Below are positions 18,697-29,014 of a stretch of DNA of 64,000 nt, in pieces; the stretch's first letter is position 1, and each line of letters starts with the position of its first letter. Source of the stretch: Phycisphaerales bacterium (GTDB taxonomy: Bacteria; Planctomycetota; Phycisphaerae; Phycisphaerales; UBA1924); NCBI GenBank assembly GCA_965227775.1, contig OZ245777.1, positions 2,208,001 through 2,272,000 of the forward strand, in the 5' to 3' direction. The notes under the pieces are model-generated. The model was not told the origin of the DNA and made no database searches. It saw only the letters and a list, made by a program, of their open reading frames with translations. A program made the position numbers and the translations under genes.

Positions 18697-20067
18697 ATGC
18701 ACGCTCGTACTCGCACCGACCTGGCAACGACCATCACCACGCTCGCCCTCATCGTGGGGAGCGCAGGCGTCGCCGGTTCGGCACTGGCTCAGTCCACCGA
18801 CTGGGAGTTCATCCCAACGACCAGCCCCTACCCCCAAAACATCCCCCAGGGCAGCGACGCGCCGGCCGATGACGAGATCTGGGTCGTGGGCAACAGCAGC
18901 TTCTTCGATCCCTTCCCGCTGTTCTTCGACTTCACGTTCGCCCAGCGATTCGACGGCACGCGATGGAGCTTCGTGCCCACGCCAGATATCAACGGCTCGT
19001 CGCTCTATGGCGTGAAGAAGCTGCCCAGCGGCGACGTGCTGGCGGTCGGCTCGTACAACGCCGGTGCCGATGGGCAGACGCTTGCGCTCTTGTACGACGG
19101 CTCGTCATGGGAGCAGATCGACAGCCCGACGCGCCTGGGCGGGACCGCTTTCCTGGGCATGGGACGCGCCGGGGACGACATCTGGGCGGTTGGCGCTCAG
19201 GCGACGCAGGACCCACCGCCCTCGGCTACCGGCCAGGCGCTCGCGGCACGCTGGAATGGCTCGGGGTGGGACCGGTACCAGCCCGAGCCATTGGTAACTG
19301 GCGGCCGCGCGTACAACACGCCGCGCGACGTCGACGGTGTCAGCGCAGACGACGCGTGGGCTGTCGGCAACGCGCAGCAGACCGGCCCGGGCGGTTTCGG
19401 CCCCACCGCATACATCACACGCTGGCAGGGCGAGCGATGGGAGCTATTCGACATCGGCCTGCGCGACCTGGCGGGACTCAACGACGTGCTCGCCCTGGCG
19501 ACCGACAACGTGTGGGCTGTGGGCTCGATCACCACCGGCGATCTGGGCCGCCAGCCGCTCATCTTGCACTGGGACGGGAGCGACTGGGAGATCGTGGACA
19601 CACCCACGTTCCCCGATGGCAACGCCGACCTGCGTGCCATTGCCGCACGCTCGCCGACGGAGATCTACGCCGCCGGCACCGACGCAGACGCAGACGGCTT
19701 CCCGCGCGCCCTCATGCTGAAGTACGACGGCACGAGCTGGGAGCGCGTCGACGTGGCCACCCCTTCCGACGGCGAGCAGCAGTGGTTCCGGACAATGTCG
19801 GTGACCCCTGGCGGCGACGTGTGGGCCATCGGGCAGTACTACCGCCCCGACGAGCAGGGCATCTACGTCGACACCCAACGGCTCAGCGCGACGGCCTCGT
19901 GCCGCGCCGACCTCGACGGCGACGGCGCCCTCACCATCTTCGACTTCCTCGCGTTCCAGAACCTCTTTGACCTCATGGACCCGCTCGCCGACTTCGACGG
20001 AGACGGCGAATTCACCATCTTCGACTTCTTGGCGTTCCAGAATGCCTTCGTTGCGGGCTGCCCGTAG
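18697..20067 (+). CDS. Secreted beta-propeller protein with GC-type dockerin-like domain
   Basis: Signal peptide, repeated WAVG...WDGxxW blades, C-term CRADLDGDG...VAGCP. Confidence 0.88.
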   Translation: MHARTRTDLATTITTLALIVGSAGVAGSALAQSTDWEFIPTTSPYPQNIPQGSDAPADDEIWVVGNSSFFDPFPLFFDFTFAQRFDGTRWSFVPTPDINGSSLYGVKKLPSGDVLAVGSYNAGADGQTLALLYDGSSWEQIDSPTRLGGTAFLGMGRAGDDIWAVGAQATQDPPPSATGQALAARWNGSGWDRYQPEPLVTGGRAYNTPRDVDGVSADDAWAVGNAQQTGPGGFGPTAYITRWQGERWELFDIGLRDLAGLNDVLALATDNVWAVGSITTGDLGRQPLILHWDGSDWEIVDTPTFPDGNADLRAIAARSPTEIYAAGTDADADGFPRALMLKYDGTSWERVDVATPSDGEQQWFRTMSVTPGGDVWAIGQYYRPDEQGIYVDTQRLSATASCRADLDGDGALTIFDFLAFQNLFDLMDPLADFDGDGEFTIFDFLAFQNAFVAGCP

Positions 20068-20079
20068 CGAGCGCGTTCC

Positions 20080-20874
20080 TCAGACCGCGACGGCCGCCGC
20101 CTCCACCGCGTTGATGAACAATCGCAGGCCAGGGGCGGGCTCGCCCTTGATTGTCGCGCGGTCGAGCCGCGTGTAGTGGGGGTGGCGCGTCCAGTCGAGG
20201 AAGCGGTCGGGGTGGGGCATCAAACCAAAGATGCGGCCGCTCGCGTCGCACACGCCCGCGATCGCGCCGGCCGAGCCGTTGAAGTTGTCGAGGTAGGTCA
20301 GCGGCGCGCGGCCGCTGTCGAGCAGCGCGTCGGCGGTGGCCTGCGGTGCGACGATGCGGCCCTCGCCGTGGCCAACCGGCAGCATGAACGCGCCGCTGGG
20401 GTCGTGCGCAAGGTCACGCGTCCAGACGCAGGGGCTCTCGGGGTTCACGTGCAGCCGAACCCAGCGGTCGGCGTAGCGGCCGAGTTGGTTGTCACACAGG
20501 GCGATGCCCGGTTCGTGCGGCTCATGGCTCCACTGTTCGTCGGCCCCGGGGCCCGGGAGCAGCCCGGCCTGGGTCAGTACCTGGAAGCCGTTGCAGATGC
20601 CGATCATCGGCACGCCCCGTTCGGCGGCTTGGCGGAGAGCGGGGTAGAGCTTTTCGCGGACGAGCAGAGCCAGCACACGGCCTGAGGCCACGTCGTCGCC
20701 GTAGCTGAAGCCGCCTGGGAAGCCGATGACCGAGTAGCGGTCGAGCCGGCCGGGGTCATTCGCGATGGCGCGAACGTGCAGGAGGTCGACGTCGGCCCCG
20801 GCCATGCGGAAGCCGCGCGCCATCTCCTCGTCGCAGTTGATGCCCGCTGCCCTGATGACCAACGCTCGTGCCAT
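20080..20874 (-). CDS. purQ: Phosphoribosylformylglycinamidine synthase subunit PurQ
   Basis: GINCD, PGGFSYGD, GICNGFQVL, HGEG, NGS, GLMPHPDR. Confidence 0.93.
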   Translation of the reverse strand: MARALVIRAAGINCDEEMARGFRMAGADVDLLHVRAIANDPGRLDRYSVIGFPGGFSYGDDVASGRVLALLVREKLYPALRQAAERGVPMIGICNGFQVLTQAGLLPGPGADEQWSHEPHEPGIALCDNQLGRYADRWVRLHVNPESPCVWTRDLAHDPSGAFMLPVGHGEGRIVAPQATADALLDSGRAPLTYLDNFNGSAGAIAGVCDASGRIFGLMPHPDRFLDWTRHPHYTRLDRATIKGEPAPGLRLFINAVEAAAVAV

Positions 20875-21023
20875 GGGTGAGTGTATCGCTCGCGTCCAGG
20901 AAGGTCCGTGCCGGACGCGTCCGGGGGCCATCGGGCATATCCTTGATCCGGCGGGGCCGATGGCTGCCTCGCACTCTTCCAACCTGTCGCCAGCGCGTCG
21001 CCCGTTCGTCAGGAGGCCTTGCC

Positions 21024-22394
21024 ATGCCCGCCGTTTTCCCCTTCCGCGCCGTCCAGTTCAACCAGGGCACAGGCGACGTGAGCGCCTCCATCGCCCCGCC
21101 CTACGACGTGCTCGACGCCCGCGGTAAGGCGAAGCTGCTCGAACAAAGCCAGGCCAACATCGTCGCCATCGACCTGCCCCACACGCCGGCCAAAGAGCTG
21201 GGCCCGCCCGAGGCCTATTCCAAGGCCGCCGAGATGTACCGCGGTTGGCTCGAGGACGGCACGCTGAGCCAGACCGAGAAGCCCAGCATGTTTGCCTACC
21301 GCCAGACCTTTGACTTCATGGGCCAGCGCTACCAGCGGGCGGGCATGGCTTGCACTGTTGAGACGCGCCCTTTCGGCCCGCGCGACGGCGGCGGCATCCT
21401 GCCCCACGAGCAGACCTTCAGCGGGCCTAAGCAGGACCGCTTCGCCCTGATGGAAGCGAGCGCGACGCAGTTCAGTCCCATCTTCGGCCTGCACGCCGAC
21501 GAGGACGGCGCCGCGACCGAGCTCGTGCGGAGCGTCATGGACGGCCGCCCGGCCGACATGACCGCGGATATGGGCGACGGCGTGCTGCACGAGGTCTGGA
21601 CCATCAGCGACGACCAGACGCTCGCCGCCTACGAGAAGGCCCTGCAGGGTGAGGACGTCTTCATCGCCGACGGCCACCACCGCTACACGACCGCGATCAA
21701 CTACCTCGCCAAGCTGGAAGAGGGTGGCAAGGAGATCGGCCCCGACCACCCCGCGCGCCGCACGATGATCGTGCTCGTCGGCATGAGCGACCCCGGCCTG
21801 GCCATTGGCGCAACGCATCGCGTGCTCGGCGGCATGAAGGATTACGACTTCGGCAAGCTGACGAGCGAGCTCGACCAGTACTTCACACTCGACCGCGTCG
21901 GCAGTGATCCCGACCAGATCGAGGACCGTATGGATAAGCGGTTTACGCCTGGCAGCAACGTGCTGGGCCTCATCGACCTGGCGACCAACGAGTGCGTCGT
22001 GCTGACGCTCAAGGACGGCGACCCGCTGGCCGACAAGTTCGGCGAGAAGCCCGAAGCTTGGCGAAAGCTCGACGTCGCACTGGTGCAGCACCTGATCGTC
22101 GAGAAGGTCTGCGAGCCCAAGTTCAACGGCGGCGAGGCGGTGAAGTGGGCGTTCCCGCACACCGTGCCCGAGGTCATGGAGATCGCCAGCGGCCAGGAAA
22201 CCGGCGCCGGCGGCGGCGCCGGCTTCGCCCAGGTCGCCGTCATCGTGCGGCCTACGCCGCTGCAGGCCGTGAAGGAGATCGGGGCCGCGGGCGAGCTCAT
22301 GCCGCAAAAGTCAACCTTCTTCTATCCGAAGCTGGCGACGGGGCTGTTCGTAAACCCGTTGACGAGTGACCTGCCGGTGGGGGCGGGGGCGTAG
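21024..22394 (+). CDS. DUF1015 family protein
   Basis: PFRA, APPYDV, PHEQT, FIADGHHRY, MPQKSTFFYPKL. Confidence 0.92.
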   Translation: MPAVFPFRAVQFNQGTGDVSASIAPPYDVLDARGKAKLLEQSQANIVAIDLPHTPAKELGPPEAYSKAAEMYRGWLEDGTLSQTEKPSMFAYRQTFDFMGQRYQRAGMACTVETRPFGPRDGGGILPHEQTFSGPKQDRFALMEASATQFSPIFGLHADEDGAATELVRSVMDGRPADMTADMGDGVLHEVWTISDDQTLAAYEKALQGEDVFIADGHHRYTTAINYLAKLEEGGKEIGPDHPARRTMIVLVGMSDPGLAIGATHRVLGGMKDYDFGKLTSELDQYFTLDRVGSDPDQIEDRMDKRFTPGSNVLGLIDLATNECVVLTLKDGDPLADKFGEKPEAWRKLDVALVQHLIVEKVCEPKFNGGEAVKWAFPHTVPEVMEIASGQETGAGGGAGFAQVAVIVRPTPLQAVKEIGAAGELMPQKSTFFYPKLATGLFVNPLTSDLPVGAGA

Positions 22395-22448
22395 GAAAGC
22401 GAGCCAACGTAGCTGCGCCAAGCGATGAAACGGCCAGGCCAAAGGGGC

Positions 22449-23153
22449 TTAGCTTGCGACTCGTATCGGCGTCGAAACAAAGAATCGGTGATATGGCATC
22501 TCAGGAACTCGCCAGCACCGCTCAACTTTGAGGCCGGCTTCGCCGAATCGCGCTCGCACGAACTTAGTGGTCACGTCGGGGTAACCGATCTCCCAATAGT
22601 GACCGTCACGTTCTAGTTTCGTTTTGCGATCGTTTTCTGTAGGTCGACGCAACCGAGACCACCGCCACTCGACATCTCGAATTGTGGGTAAGTTGAGGTA
22701 GATCCGGTACCCAACGGAGCAATCGGGTAGGCTCACGACGACAGCCTTGCACGAGACTCGCGACAACTCGCGTAGAGCGGGCACGAACTGATCGAGTGGT
22801 AGGTGCTCGAGCACTTGGCAGCACATTGACACATCAACCGAGTTGCTGTCTGCAGGTAGCTTGGTTACTGAGGCGATAATGTCTGGTTCAAGTTCGGGTT
22901 GTACATCAACAGTAGTTACATCAATATTCAGAGCGCGCAGCGCTGCAGTGACCATGCCTGGTCCCGGACCAATCTCAAGCACTGACGTCGGCTCGAATTC
23001 TAGAACAGCACTCGTCTGATGCGCGTAACTGAATAGCCTGCCACCCCGGACATACCTCGGTTCGTAGTGAGATTTGCCTGGAACGAGCTTGTCGCCTTGT
23101 GCATGCAAAACGTGGTCCCTCTCACGTACGCTGCCCCGACGTTGGGGTGTCAC
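22449..23153 (-). CDS. Class I SAM-dependent methyltransferase (polysaccharide cluster)
   Basis: VLEIGPGPG, CCQVLEHLP, HYWEIG. Confidence 0.88.
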   Translation of the reverse strand: MTPQRRGSVRERDHVLHAQGDKLVPGKSHYEPRYVRGGRLFSYAHQTSAVLEFEPTSVLEIGPGPGMVTAALRALNIDVTTVDVQPELEPDIIASVTKLPADSNSVDVSMCCQVLEHLPLDQFVPALRELSRVSCKAVVVSLPDCSVGYRIYLNLPTIRDVEWRWSRLRRPTENDRKTKLERDGHYWEIGYPDVTTKFVRARFGEAGLKVERCWRVPEMPYHRFFVSTPIRVAS

Positions 23154-24093
23154 AACTCAGATAGCCCTGCGACCACTCGCCTCGTCTTTGCCAAACGTGC
23201 GCCCATGCGGTTCTGGCATCGAGGCCGCGGCGTGCCATGGTTGCAAGGGTAAGGGCAAGCAACCTGCTAAGCGGCCACGCCTGAAGCAACATGAGTCCGA
23301 TGGGTACTTTCCAACGTGGCCAATGGCGATGAATCAAGGTGGCCTTCGCAGCAAGCAAGCGAACAAGCTTCTCAGCCCGTACAGGTTCAGAAGCACCTCC
23401 ATGGTGGACGATAGTCGCCCTGGGAGTTACCAGCGGCTTCGCACCACGCTTCTGCGCCCGAAGACACAGGTCGGCTTCTTCGCCATACATGAAAAAGTCG
23501 CGGTCAAATCCATCAAGTGCTTCCCACAAATCGCGGCGGATAAGAAAAAAGCAGCCACTGACGATGTCCACCTTTCGGACGTTGTCGCGCTTCCATCCGC
23601 CAAACGCCTCGGGGTTGAACAGCGGCCAATGACGGAAGACTCGGGCCAAGCCCGATGCTTGGCATGCCATACTCCACACAGTGGCTCGACGCCAGCAAGA
23701 TGCTGGATTCAGAGAGCCATCAGCAAACACAGTGCGACCGCCCCAAATCCCAGCGGCCGGATGCTCCATTGCAAATTCGATAAGGTGGTCAATCGCGTGG
23801 CCTAGTACCACTGTGTCTGGGTTGAGCAGCAATAGGTACTCGCCGCTCGCGTGCGATGCCGCTGCATTGTTGCCACTTGCAAAGCCGAGATTCACGGGCG
23901 ACCTGATGAGGTGCACACGCTCGCCGAATTCGCCTTCGAGTGCATCGGCAGAACCATCGGTCGATGCATTGTCGAGAACAATGACTTCGAAGTTATCACC
24001 CTCGGCCTGGGCAAAGATTGAGCGCACACAGGCGAGTGTCATCTCGCGCGTGTTGTAGCTGATGATCAAGATGGACAGCATGGGTACGTTCAT
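23122..24093 (-). CDS. Glycosyltransferase family 2
   Basis: IISYN, DNASTDGS, NLGFASGNN, LLNPD, FFMYGEEADLC. Confidence 0.93.
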   Translation of the reverse strand: MNVPMLSILIISYNTREMTLACVRSIFAQAEGDNFEVIVLDNASTDGSADALEGEFGERVHLIRSPVNLGFASGNNAAASHASGEYLLLLNPDTVVLGHAIDHLIEFAMEHPAAGIWGGRTVFADGSLNPASCWRRATVWSMACQASGLARVFRHWPLFNPEAFGGWKRDNVRKVDIVSGCFFLIRRDLWEALDGFDRDFFMYGEEADLCLRAQKRGAKPLVTPRATIVHHGGASEPVRAEKLVRLLAAKATLIHRHWPRWKVPIGLMLLQAWPLSRLLALTLATMARRGLDARTAWAHVWQRRGEWSQGYLSCDTPTSGQRT

Positions 24094-25439
24094 GCCGGTT
24101 CCAAAGCCGGAACCACAGTCTTGTGATCAGCAGTCTGCCGTCGCTTCACAGCCTTGCGGGGAAGGGAGGCACGTGCGATCACATCGAGATTTGCTGCCAT
24201 CGCCAGCGTGAAGTACCAGAGCATCGTAATCTGGCCGAAGTACGACACTCCGATAAACGAAACGCAGTGCACAGCGAGGGAAACTCCAACGGCCCATGCC
24301 ATCATGAAGTCTGGCGAGTATGGCTTGAACACGCGCCAAGCCCGCCCAACCGCTCGGAAACACAACGCAATGATGGCAATGAACAGAGCTAGTCGGAGGA
24401 AGCCACCGCGCACGCCCTCCAGAACATACTGGTTGGTTATGTCCTGAAGTCCCCAGCCCCAGTGGGCGGTGGATCGGGTGCCCAGGAAAGCCCACTCTGG
24501 AAAACGCTCGATCGCGTTATCTATGAGGTTGTAGCGATGCCAGCCTGTTGAACCGCCAACGGCGCTGATTCGCGCGATCAGGTGCCATACTGGAGCAATC
24601 ATGACGATGTGTAGAAGAACCAGCATTGCCACGGTCATCCAACGAAGCTGCGATAGATACAAGCGAAGCGGGAGGAGGACTGCACCTGCAAACACAACCA
24701 GCAGAGCTAGCACCGGTGTGCTGGAAGCGCAGAAGTAGATAATGGCGATACCACACGCACATCCGATAATGGCTGAGAATCGGCGAATTCCACCGTTCCA
24801 GAACAACGCGGCCATGAGGGGAATGAGCGCGGCCCAGAAGCACCCGGCCAAGATCGCATGCGAGAAGGGCCCCTGGCACCTCAGCCGCCCATCGCGCACG
24901 AGCGTTACCTCGGGTACGCCGCCTAGGGCCGCAAAGGGATTGCGCCCCGTCAGCTTCTCGACAAAGAACAAGCCGCACACCGGGATCACGATGGTCGCCA
25001 TGGCTCGAGCGATTGCTCGGAGATCGCCCATCTGCCTGAACAGCATCCGGCAAATGAAGTACACACCAAGCGCTTCAAACGTCTTCCCGGCGATCGTGAT
25101 GAAGGCGCTGACGGCGCCCCACTGCATCGTGAAGATCACGACAGAGACGAATCCCCAGCCCAGCATGAGCCAGTCGACTGTGCTCATCCGGAAACCACGA
25201 TACTCACCCCTCGAGAGCACGCGAACCGTACCGACCAGCACCATCACGCGGATGAAGTTGAAGTCGAGGCCCGCAATCACCAGCCGTTGCGCCGAAGAAA
25301 CAAGGCATGCCACAAGAATGAACGCCAAGGGAGCAATGCTCCTTGGGGCGAAGTAAAAGAACGCAGAGATAATCAGCACCACGGCGAGGCCGGCGGGGTG
25401 TACCGTGGTTTGGTTGACATACTCAGCCTGCTCGCCCAT
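24090..25439 (-). CDS. Wzy polymerase / O-antigen ligase-like membrane protein
   Basis: About 10-12 TM segments, RCQGPFSHAILAG, periplasmic loop STGWHR...DITNQY. Confidence 0.75.
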   Translation of the reverse strand: MGEQAEYVNQTTVHPAGLAVVLIISAFFYFAPRSIAPLAFILVACLVSSAQRLVIAGLDFNFIRVMVLVGTVRVLSRGEYRGFRMSTVDWLMLGWGFVSVVIFTMQWGAVSAFITIAGKTFEALGVYFICRMLFRQMGDLRAIARAMATIVIPVCGLFFVEKLTGRNPFAALGGVPEVTLVRDGRLRCQGPFSHAILAGCFWAALIPLMAALFWNGGIRRFSAIIGCACGIAIIYFCASSTPVLALLVVFAGAVLLPLRLYLSQLRWMTVAMLVLLHIVMIAPVWHLIARISAVGGSTGWHRYNLIDNAIERFPEWAFLGTRSTAHWGWGLQDITNQYVLEGVRGGFLRLALFIAIIALCFRAVGRAWRVFKPYSPDFMMAWAVGVSLAVHCVSFIGVSYFGQITMLWYFTLAMAANLDVIARASLPRKAVKRRQTADHKTVVPALEPA

Positions 25440-25450
25440 TCGGTCGGTCC

Positions 25451-26413
25451 TCAGGCCGTCAGTGTGTGGAGCTGACGCTGACGCGGCGTGTGCCTGCGCA
25501 GCCGAGTCAACATCGTGGGAGGGAGGAGCCCGTACAGCAGAGACTTGTAATAGTACGGATCCAGCGGGTGAAATGCGATGCACTGCAGACCTGTTCGAAT
25601 GGCACTGATCAACTTGCCATCACGGCGCTGGTCGATTGCGCTCTCGATGAAGTCGCTAGCGATGAAGTTATCGCGATCCCGATTGCGCTCCTTCATCGCT
25701 GGGCGTGGCGGAAACACTGCTTCGTATTCAAGCCCGCGACGTGTGCAGGCCTTTTGGCGTGCCATGGCAACGAACTCCCTCCTGCGGGCGGGATTTTTGC
25801 GTGTGATGGAGCGCAGATCGATGCGATACCGGTAGAGCGTGCTGTCGAGTACGAGCATCGGTAGCCGTTCACCGAGTCGGAGGATGTAGTCGTACCCTTG
25901 GGCGATGCGTAAGTCGGTGTCGAAGCGAAGTTCATTCACCATTGATACCCGGTACATTCCCGTCGGATCATGTGCCGGCATGCGAAAGCTGAGGATGTCG
26001 TCGGCGCACGCCTGGCGATCCTTCCAGCGTGCCTGAGGTGCCATTCGCTTCCCATCGATGATCAACTCGTGGCCACAGAACACGGCCGCAACATCTCGGT
26101 TCTCCTCGAGTGCATTGAGCTGCTTGGCGACGCGGTCTTCGTGCATCTCGTCGTCGGCATCCAAGACGCAGTAGAACTCCCCAGTAATCTCTTCCAGCGC
26201 TCGATTCATCGCGACCGACTTGCCCGCATTCTCCTGCTTGATGACTTGCAGCCTGCGATCCGATGGGAGTGAGTCGGTTGAGCCGTCAACGCTCCCGTCG
26301 TCTACAACGATGACCTCGATGTTGGCGTGGGTTTGACCAAGTGCCGTATCGATCGCCCGTTGCAAGAGCCGGCCGCCGTTGTACGTGGGGATGATGATGC
26401 TGGCCTTGGTCAT
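25451..26413 (-). CDS. Glycosyltransferase family 2
   Basis: IIIPTYN, VVDDGSVDGS, NAGKSVAMN, LDADD. Confidence 0.93.
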   Translation of the reverse strand: MTKASIIIPTYNGGRLLQRAIDTALGQTHANIEVIVVDDGSVDGSTDSLPSDRRLQVIKQENAGKSVAMNRALEEITGEFYCVLDADDEMHEDRVAKQLNALEENRDVAAVFCGHELIIDGKRMAPQARWKDRQACADDILSFRMPAHDPTGMYRVSMVNELRFDTDLRIAQGYDYILRLGERLPMLVLDSTLYRYRIDLRSITRKNPARRREFVAMARQKACTRRGLEYEAVFPPRPAMKERNRDRDNFIASDFIESAIDQRRDGKLISAIRTGLQCIAFHPLDPYYYKSLLYGLLPPTMLTRLRRHTPRQRQLHTLTA

Positions 26414-27228
26414 GGCCTGAGCTTCCGCATCGTACGACGGACCTTTGCCCGCCAGCCGTAGTAGTCTCTCCAGTTGCTGCTGCCCGTTTGCAGTTCGAGC
26501 GCCGCCTCTTTAACACGCTTTGTCATGGCGTCGACAGTTTCGATCCCTCGCCAAGTGGCTGTTAGGCCGCGATGGGCAAGCACGTCCTCGTCGGTCCTGA
26601 ATATGGTGTGATTCGAGCGTGGGTCGTCCATGTGGTCCATGAGCAGCGGAGGCATTGGCCAGCCAACCAACCAGCCCGCCTTGCACACGCGCATGCAGTA
26701 CGTCGTGAAACCCTCGCTGTCCCCGAGCGGACCGCAGCGCTCCTGGCACAGCCGCTTCATGATGTACCCTGCGCCGCCCACCCACGGGTTGGCCATGACG
26801 CCGTGGCCGCCCAGTCGCACCGTCTTGCGCGCGACGAGCGCTTTGTTGAGGTCCTCTTCGAGAAAGGGCCAACAGCTCAGGATGCCAGCTCTCTCAGAGT
26901 CTTGGTGGATTCTGACTAGCCGCTCGATCCAGCCCTCGGGTACCAGACAGTCGTCGTCGACCTTTCCGAGATATGGCGCCGTGGCGTGAGACCAGAACCA
27001 GTTGGTTGGTTCACGGAGCTTCAGATTCTGGTCGCTGAAGTGGATTCGAGCAACATTCGGGTGGTCGGCGTGCTCCCGCACGGCGGCTATGGTTTCTTCG
27101 TGCGTCCCGTTGTGCCAGATCCATATGCGGTCGTCAGGCCGGCAGGTCGACAGCAGGTTCGGGAGCGATAGCTCAACGTAACTCGCGCGGTTATAGGTGA
27201 TCATGAAGATGTCGGCGTGATCATCCAA
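26410..27228 (-). CDS. Glycosyltransferase, GT-A fold (GT2-like)
   Basis: FMITYNR, GKVDDD motif; overlaps neighbours in the operon. Confidence 0.82.
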   Translation of the reverse strand: MDDHADIFMITYNRASYVELSLPNLLSTCRPDDRIWIWHNGTHEETIAAVREHADHPNVARIHFSDQNLKLREPTNWFWSHATAPYLGKVDDDCLVPEGWIERLVRIHQDSERAGILSCWPFLEEDLNKALVARKTVRLGGHGVMANPWVGGAGYIMKRLCQERCGPLGDSEGFTTYCMRVCKAGWLVGWPMPPLLMDHMDDPRSNHTIFRTDEDVLAHRGLTATWRGIETVDAMTKRVKEAALELQTGSSNWRDYYGWRAKVRRTMRKLRP

Positions 27229-29014
27229 CCCGGCCTCCCGTGGCTTCCCGGCCCGCCAGTCGGAGAATCTGGACGACCGTCGCGTTCATCAGGGAATCAT
27301 ACTGCGGGGCGTACGTACCAAATGTATCGGCAGGATCGGCGGTGATGATGCGGCGCAACACGTTGATGGCGGCAGCATCGCAGAAGGCTTGGTCATGAAT
27401 CATGTTCCACGCTGGCGCGTGCGTGAGGAACTTGGCGTAGTTGACAAACGAACCGTCCGAAAACCAAGGCTCAACCCCAGAGTGGGGCAGCGACACACTG
27501 GGCTTGCGAGGCCACAGTTTCCCGAGAATGCGGGACGGCACGTACGTCATGGTCGCGGCGTAGCCGGTATCGGGGTGCGGCAAGCGAGCCACCGAGGGCG
27601 CGTAGCGCTTTGTCAGTGCGGATACGAGGTCTAGGCCCTTCTTCCAGATCCACGGCGTGGCCATGCTTGCCTCGACAATGTCCGCGTGGAAGAAAAACTC
27701 GTCGTGCGGAAAATACCGCGAGATCAGCGTCGAGTCGATGCTCGTCGTGTGGCTGATTGGGTAGAACCCCATCCATTCCTCGGCTGTCTCGGGTCGTACC
27801 TCGCGGAGACTCTGCTCGTACGCCTCACGTCGAGCGAACGCCGCCGCGGCGAGTTCTGGTTTGATCAACGTCTTACGACTTGCCGCGTGGCTGTAATTGT
27901 GCTTCCCGATGCGTCGGCTCGGTGCTTTGTGCCGAAGTCGGTAGTGGTTCAGCGCTACGTCGGTCATGCTGTAGGGCACATACGCGCCTTTGAGGAGGAT
28001 GTCGCAGCCAAAGCCGCTCACCAAGACATCTAAGCCCGCGACTGCCGGGTGGTCCACCATGCAGAGTGCATGGCACGGTAGCGAATTCTGCTCGTACCCA
28101 AGGCGGTGTTGCCCCTCGACAAACGCGTGGGCGTAAAACTGTGGATCTCGCCGTACAAGGTGGTGCGGCAGGCCAAGCGTTCGTGCCGAGCGGGCAGCCG
28201 ACTCTGTCTCCGGATTCGGCCGGTCGCAATATGTAAACGTCTCAACCTGAGCATTGCTTGCGAGCGATTCGGCAATGATGCGCGAATCGGCCCCTCCGCT
28301 CAGCATCACCCCGATGCGGGAAGCCGAAGCGGTGATCTCGGCGACCGACTCCTCGATGGCCGCTGCGCACGCATCGATGCAGGCTCGCTTGCCTGGCCAA
28401 CGGTCTGGCTCGCGCGGCTCCCAGAGGCACGCGCTCTCGATCGAGGCATGGCAGCGATCGTCGGTACGCACGTTGTGCAAACTGCCCGGCGCTAGCTGCA
28501 CGACTCCCAACCTCGTCGTGTAGGGAAAAGTCGGGTTGTTCCAGAGTAAGAGTTCAGCGAGCGAGACGTCATCGAAGGCCGGCCGGTTGCGCACGGCATC
28601 GACGATCCACTCGACGTTTGACGAGAGCGCGAAGTGGTCGCCGCGAGGATGAGTGGTGGTGGCGTACGCCGGACGGTGCGAGAAGCGGTCGGTGAGGAGA
28701 GAAAGTCCATCCGGCCGGGCGTGTAGCACCAAGAACATGCCGCTCATGTCGCAATAAGCGTCGGTGTTGCCGCCGAGCGTTTGGAAGATGGAATCGTCAA
28801 CATCGATTCGTCCTCCGCGGCCGGCGGGCCGTCCGCAGATGTATATGGCATCGGGACGTCGTTCCACCCGGTGCCACAAGCCGGGGTTCACGCCAAGCCA
28901 ACCCCAGGGCCAACGCTCCCAACGCAACTCGACTTCACACCTCGGCGGAGTCTCCGATGCCACTGGATACGCAGCATCGGCGGGGGCATCAAAGATTGCC
29001 AGGAAGTCAGGCAC
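27221..29014 (-). CDS. Asparagine synthase-like amide ligase
   Basis: Ntn-like N-domain (TDRFSHRPAY), PP-loop MLSGGADSR, SGFGCDIL; no N-terminal Cys. Confidence 0.8.
   Translation of the reverse strand: MPDFLAIFDAPADAAYPVASETPPRCEVELRWERWPWGWLGVNPGLWHRVERRPDAIYICGRPAGRGGRIDVDDSIFQTLGGNTDAYCDMSGMFLVLHARPDGLSLLTDRFSHRPAYATTTHPRGDHFALSSNVEWIVDAVRNRPAFDDVSLAELLLWNNPTFPYTTRLGVVQLAPGSLHNVRTDDRCHASIESACLWEPREPDRWPGKRACIDACAAAIEESVAEITASASRIGVMLSGGADSRIIAESLASNAQVETFTYCDRPNPETESAARSARTLGLPHHLVRRDPQFYAHAFVEGQHRLGYEQNSLPCHALCMVDHPAVAGLDVLVSGFGCDILLKGAYVPYSMTDVALNHYRLRHKAPSRRIGKHNYSHAASRKTLIKPELAAAAFARREAYEQSLREVRPETAEEWMGFYPISHTTSIDSTLISRYFPHDEFFFHADIVEASMATPWIWKKGLDLVSALTKRYAPSVARLPHPDTGYAATMTYVPSRILGKLWPRKPSVSLPHSGVEPWFSDGSFVNYAKFLTHAPAWNMIHDQAFCDAAAINVLRRIITADPADTFGTYAPQYDSLMNATVVQILRLAGREATGGRVG

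Noticed and set aside
18361..20067. Near-identical dockerin DNA copies as a diversity-generating retroelement TR/VR pair
   Set aside because: All copies are coding, differences look mostly synonymous rather than adenine-specific, and there is no reverse transcriptase in the window
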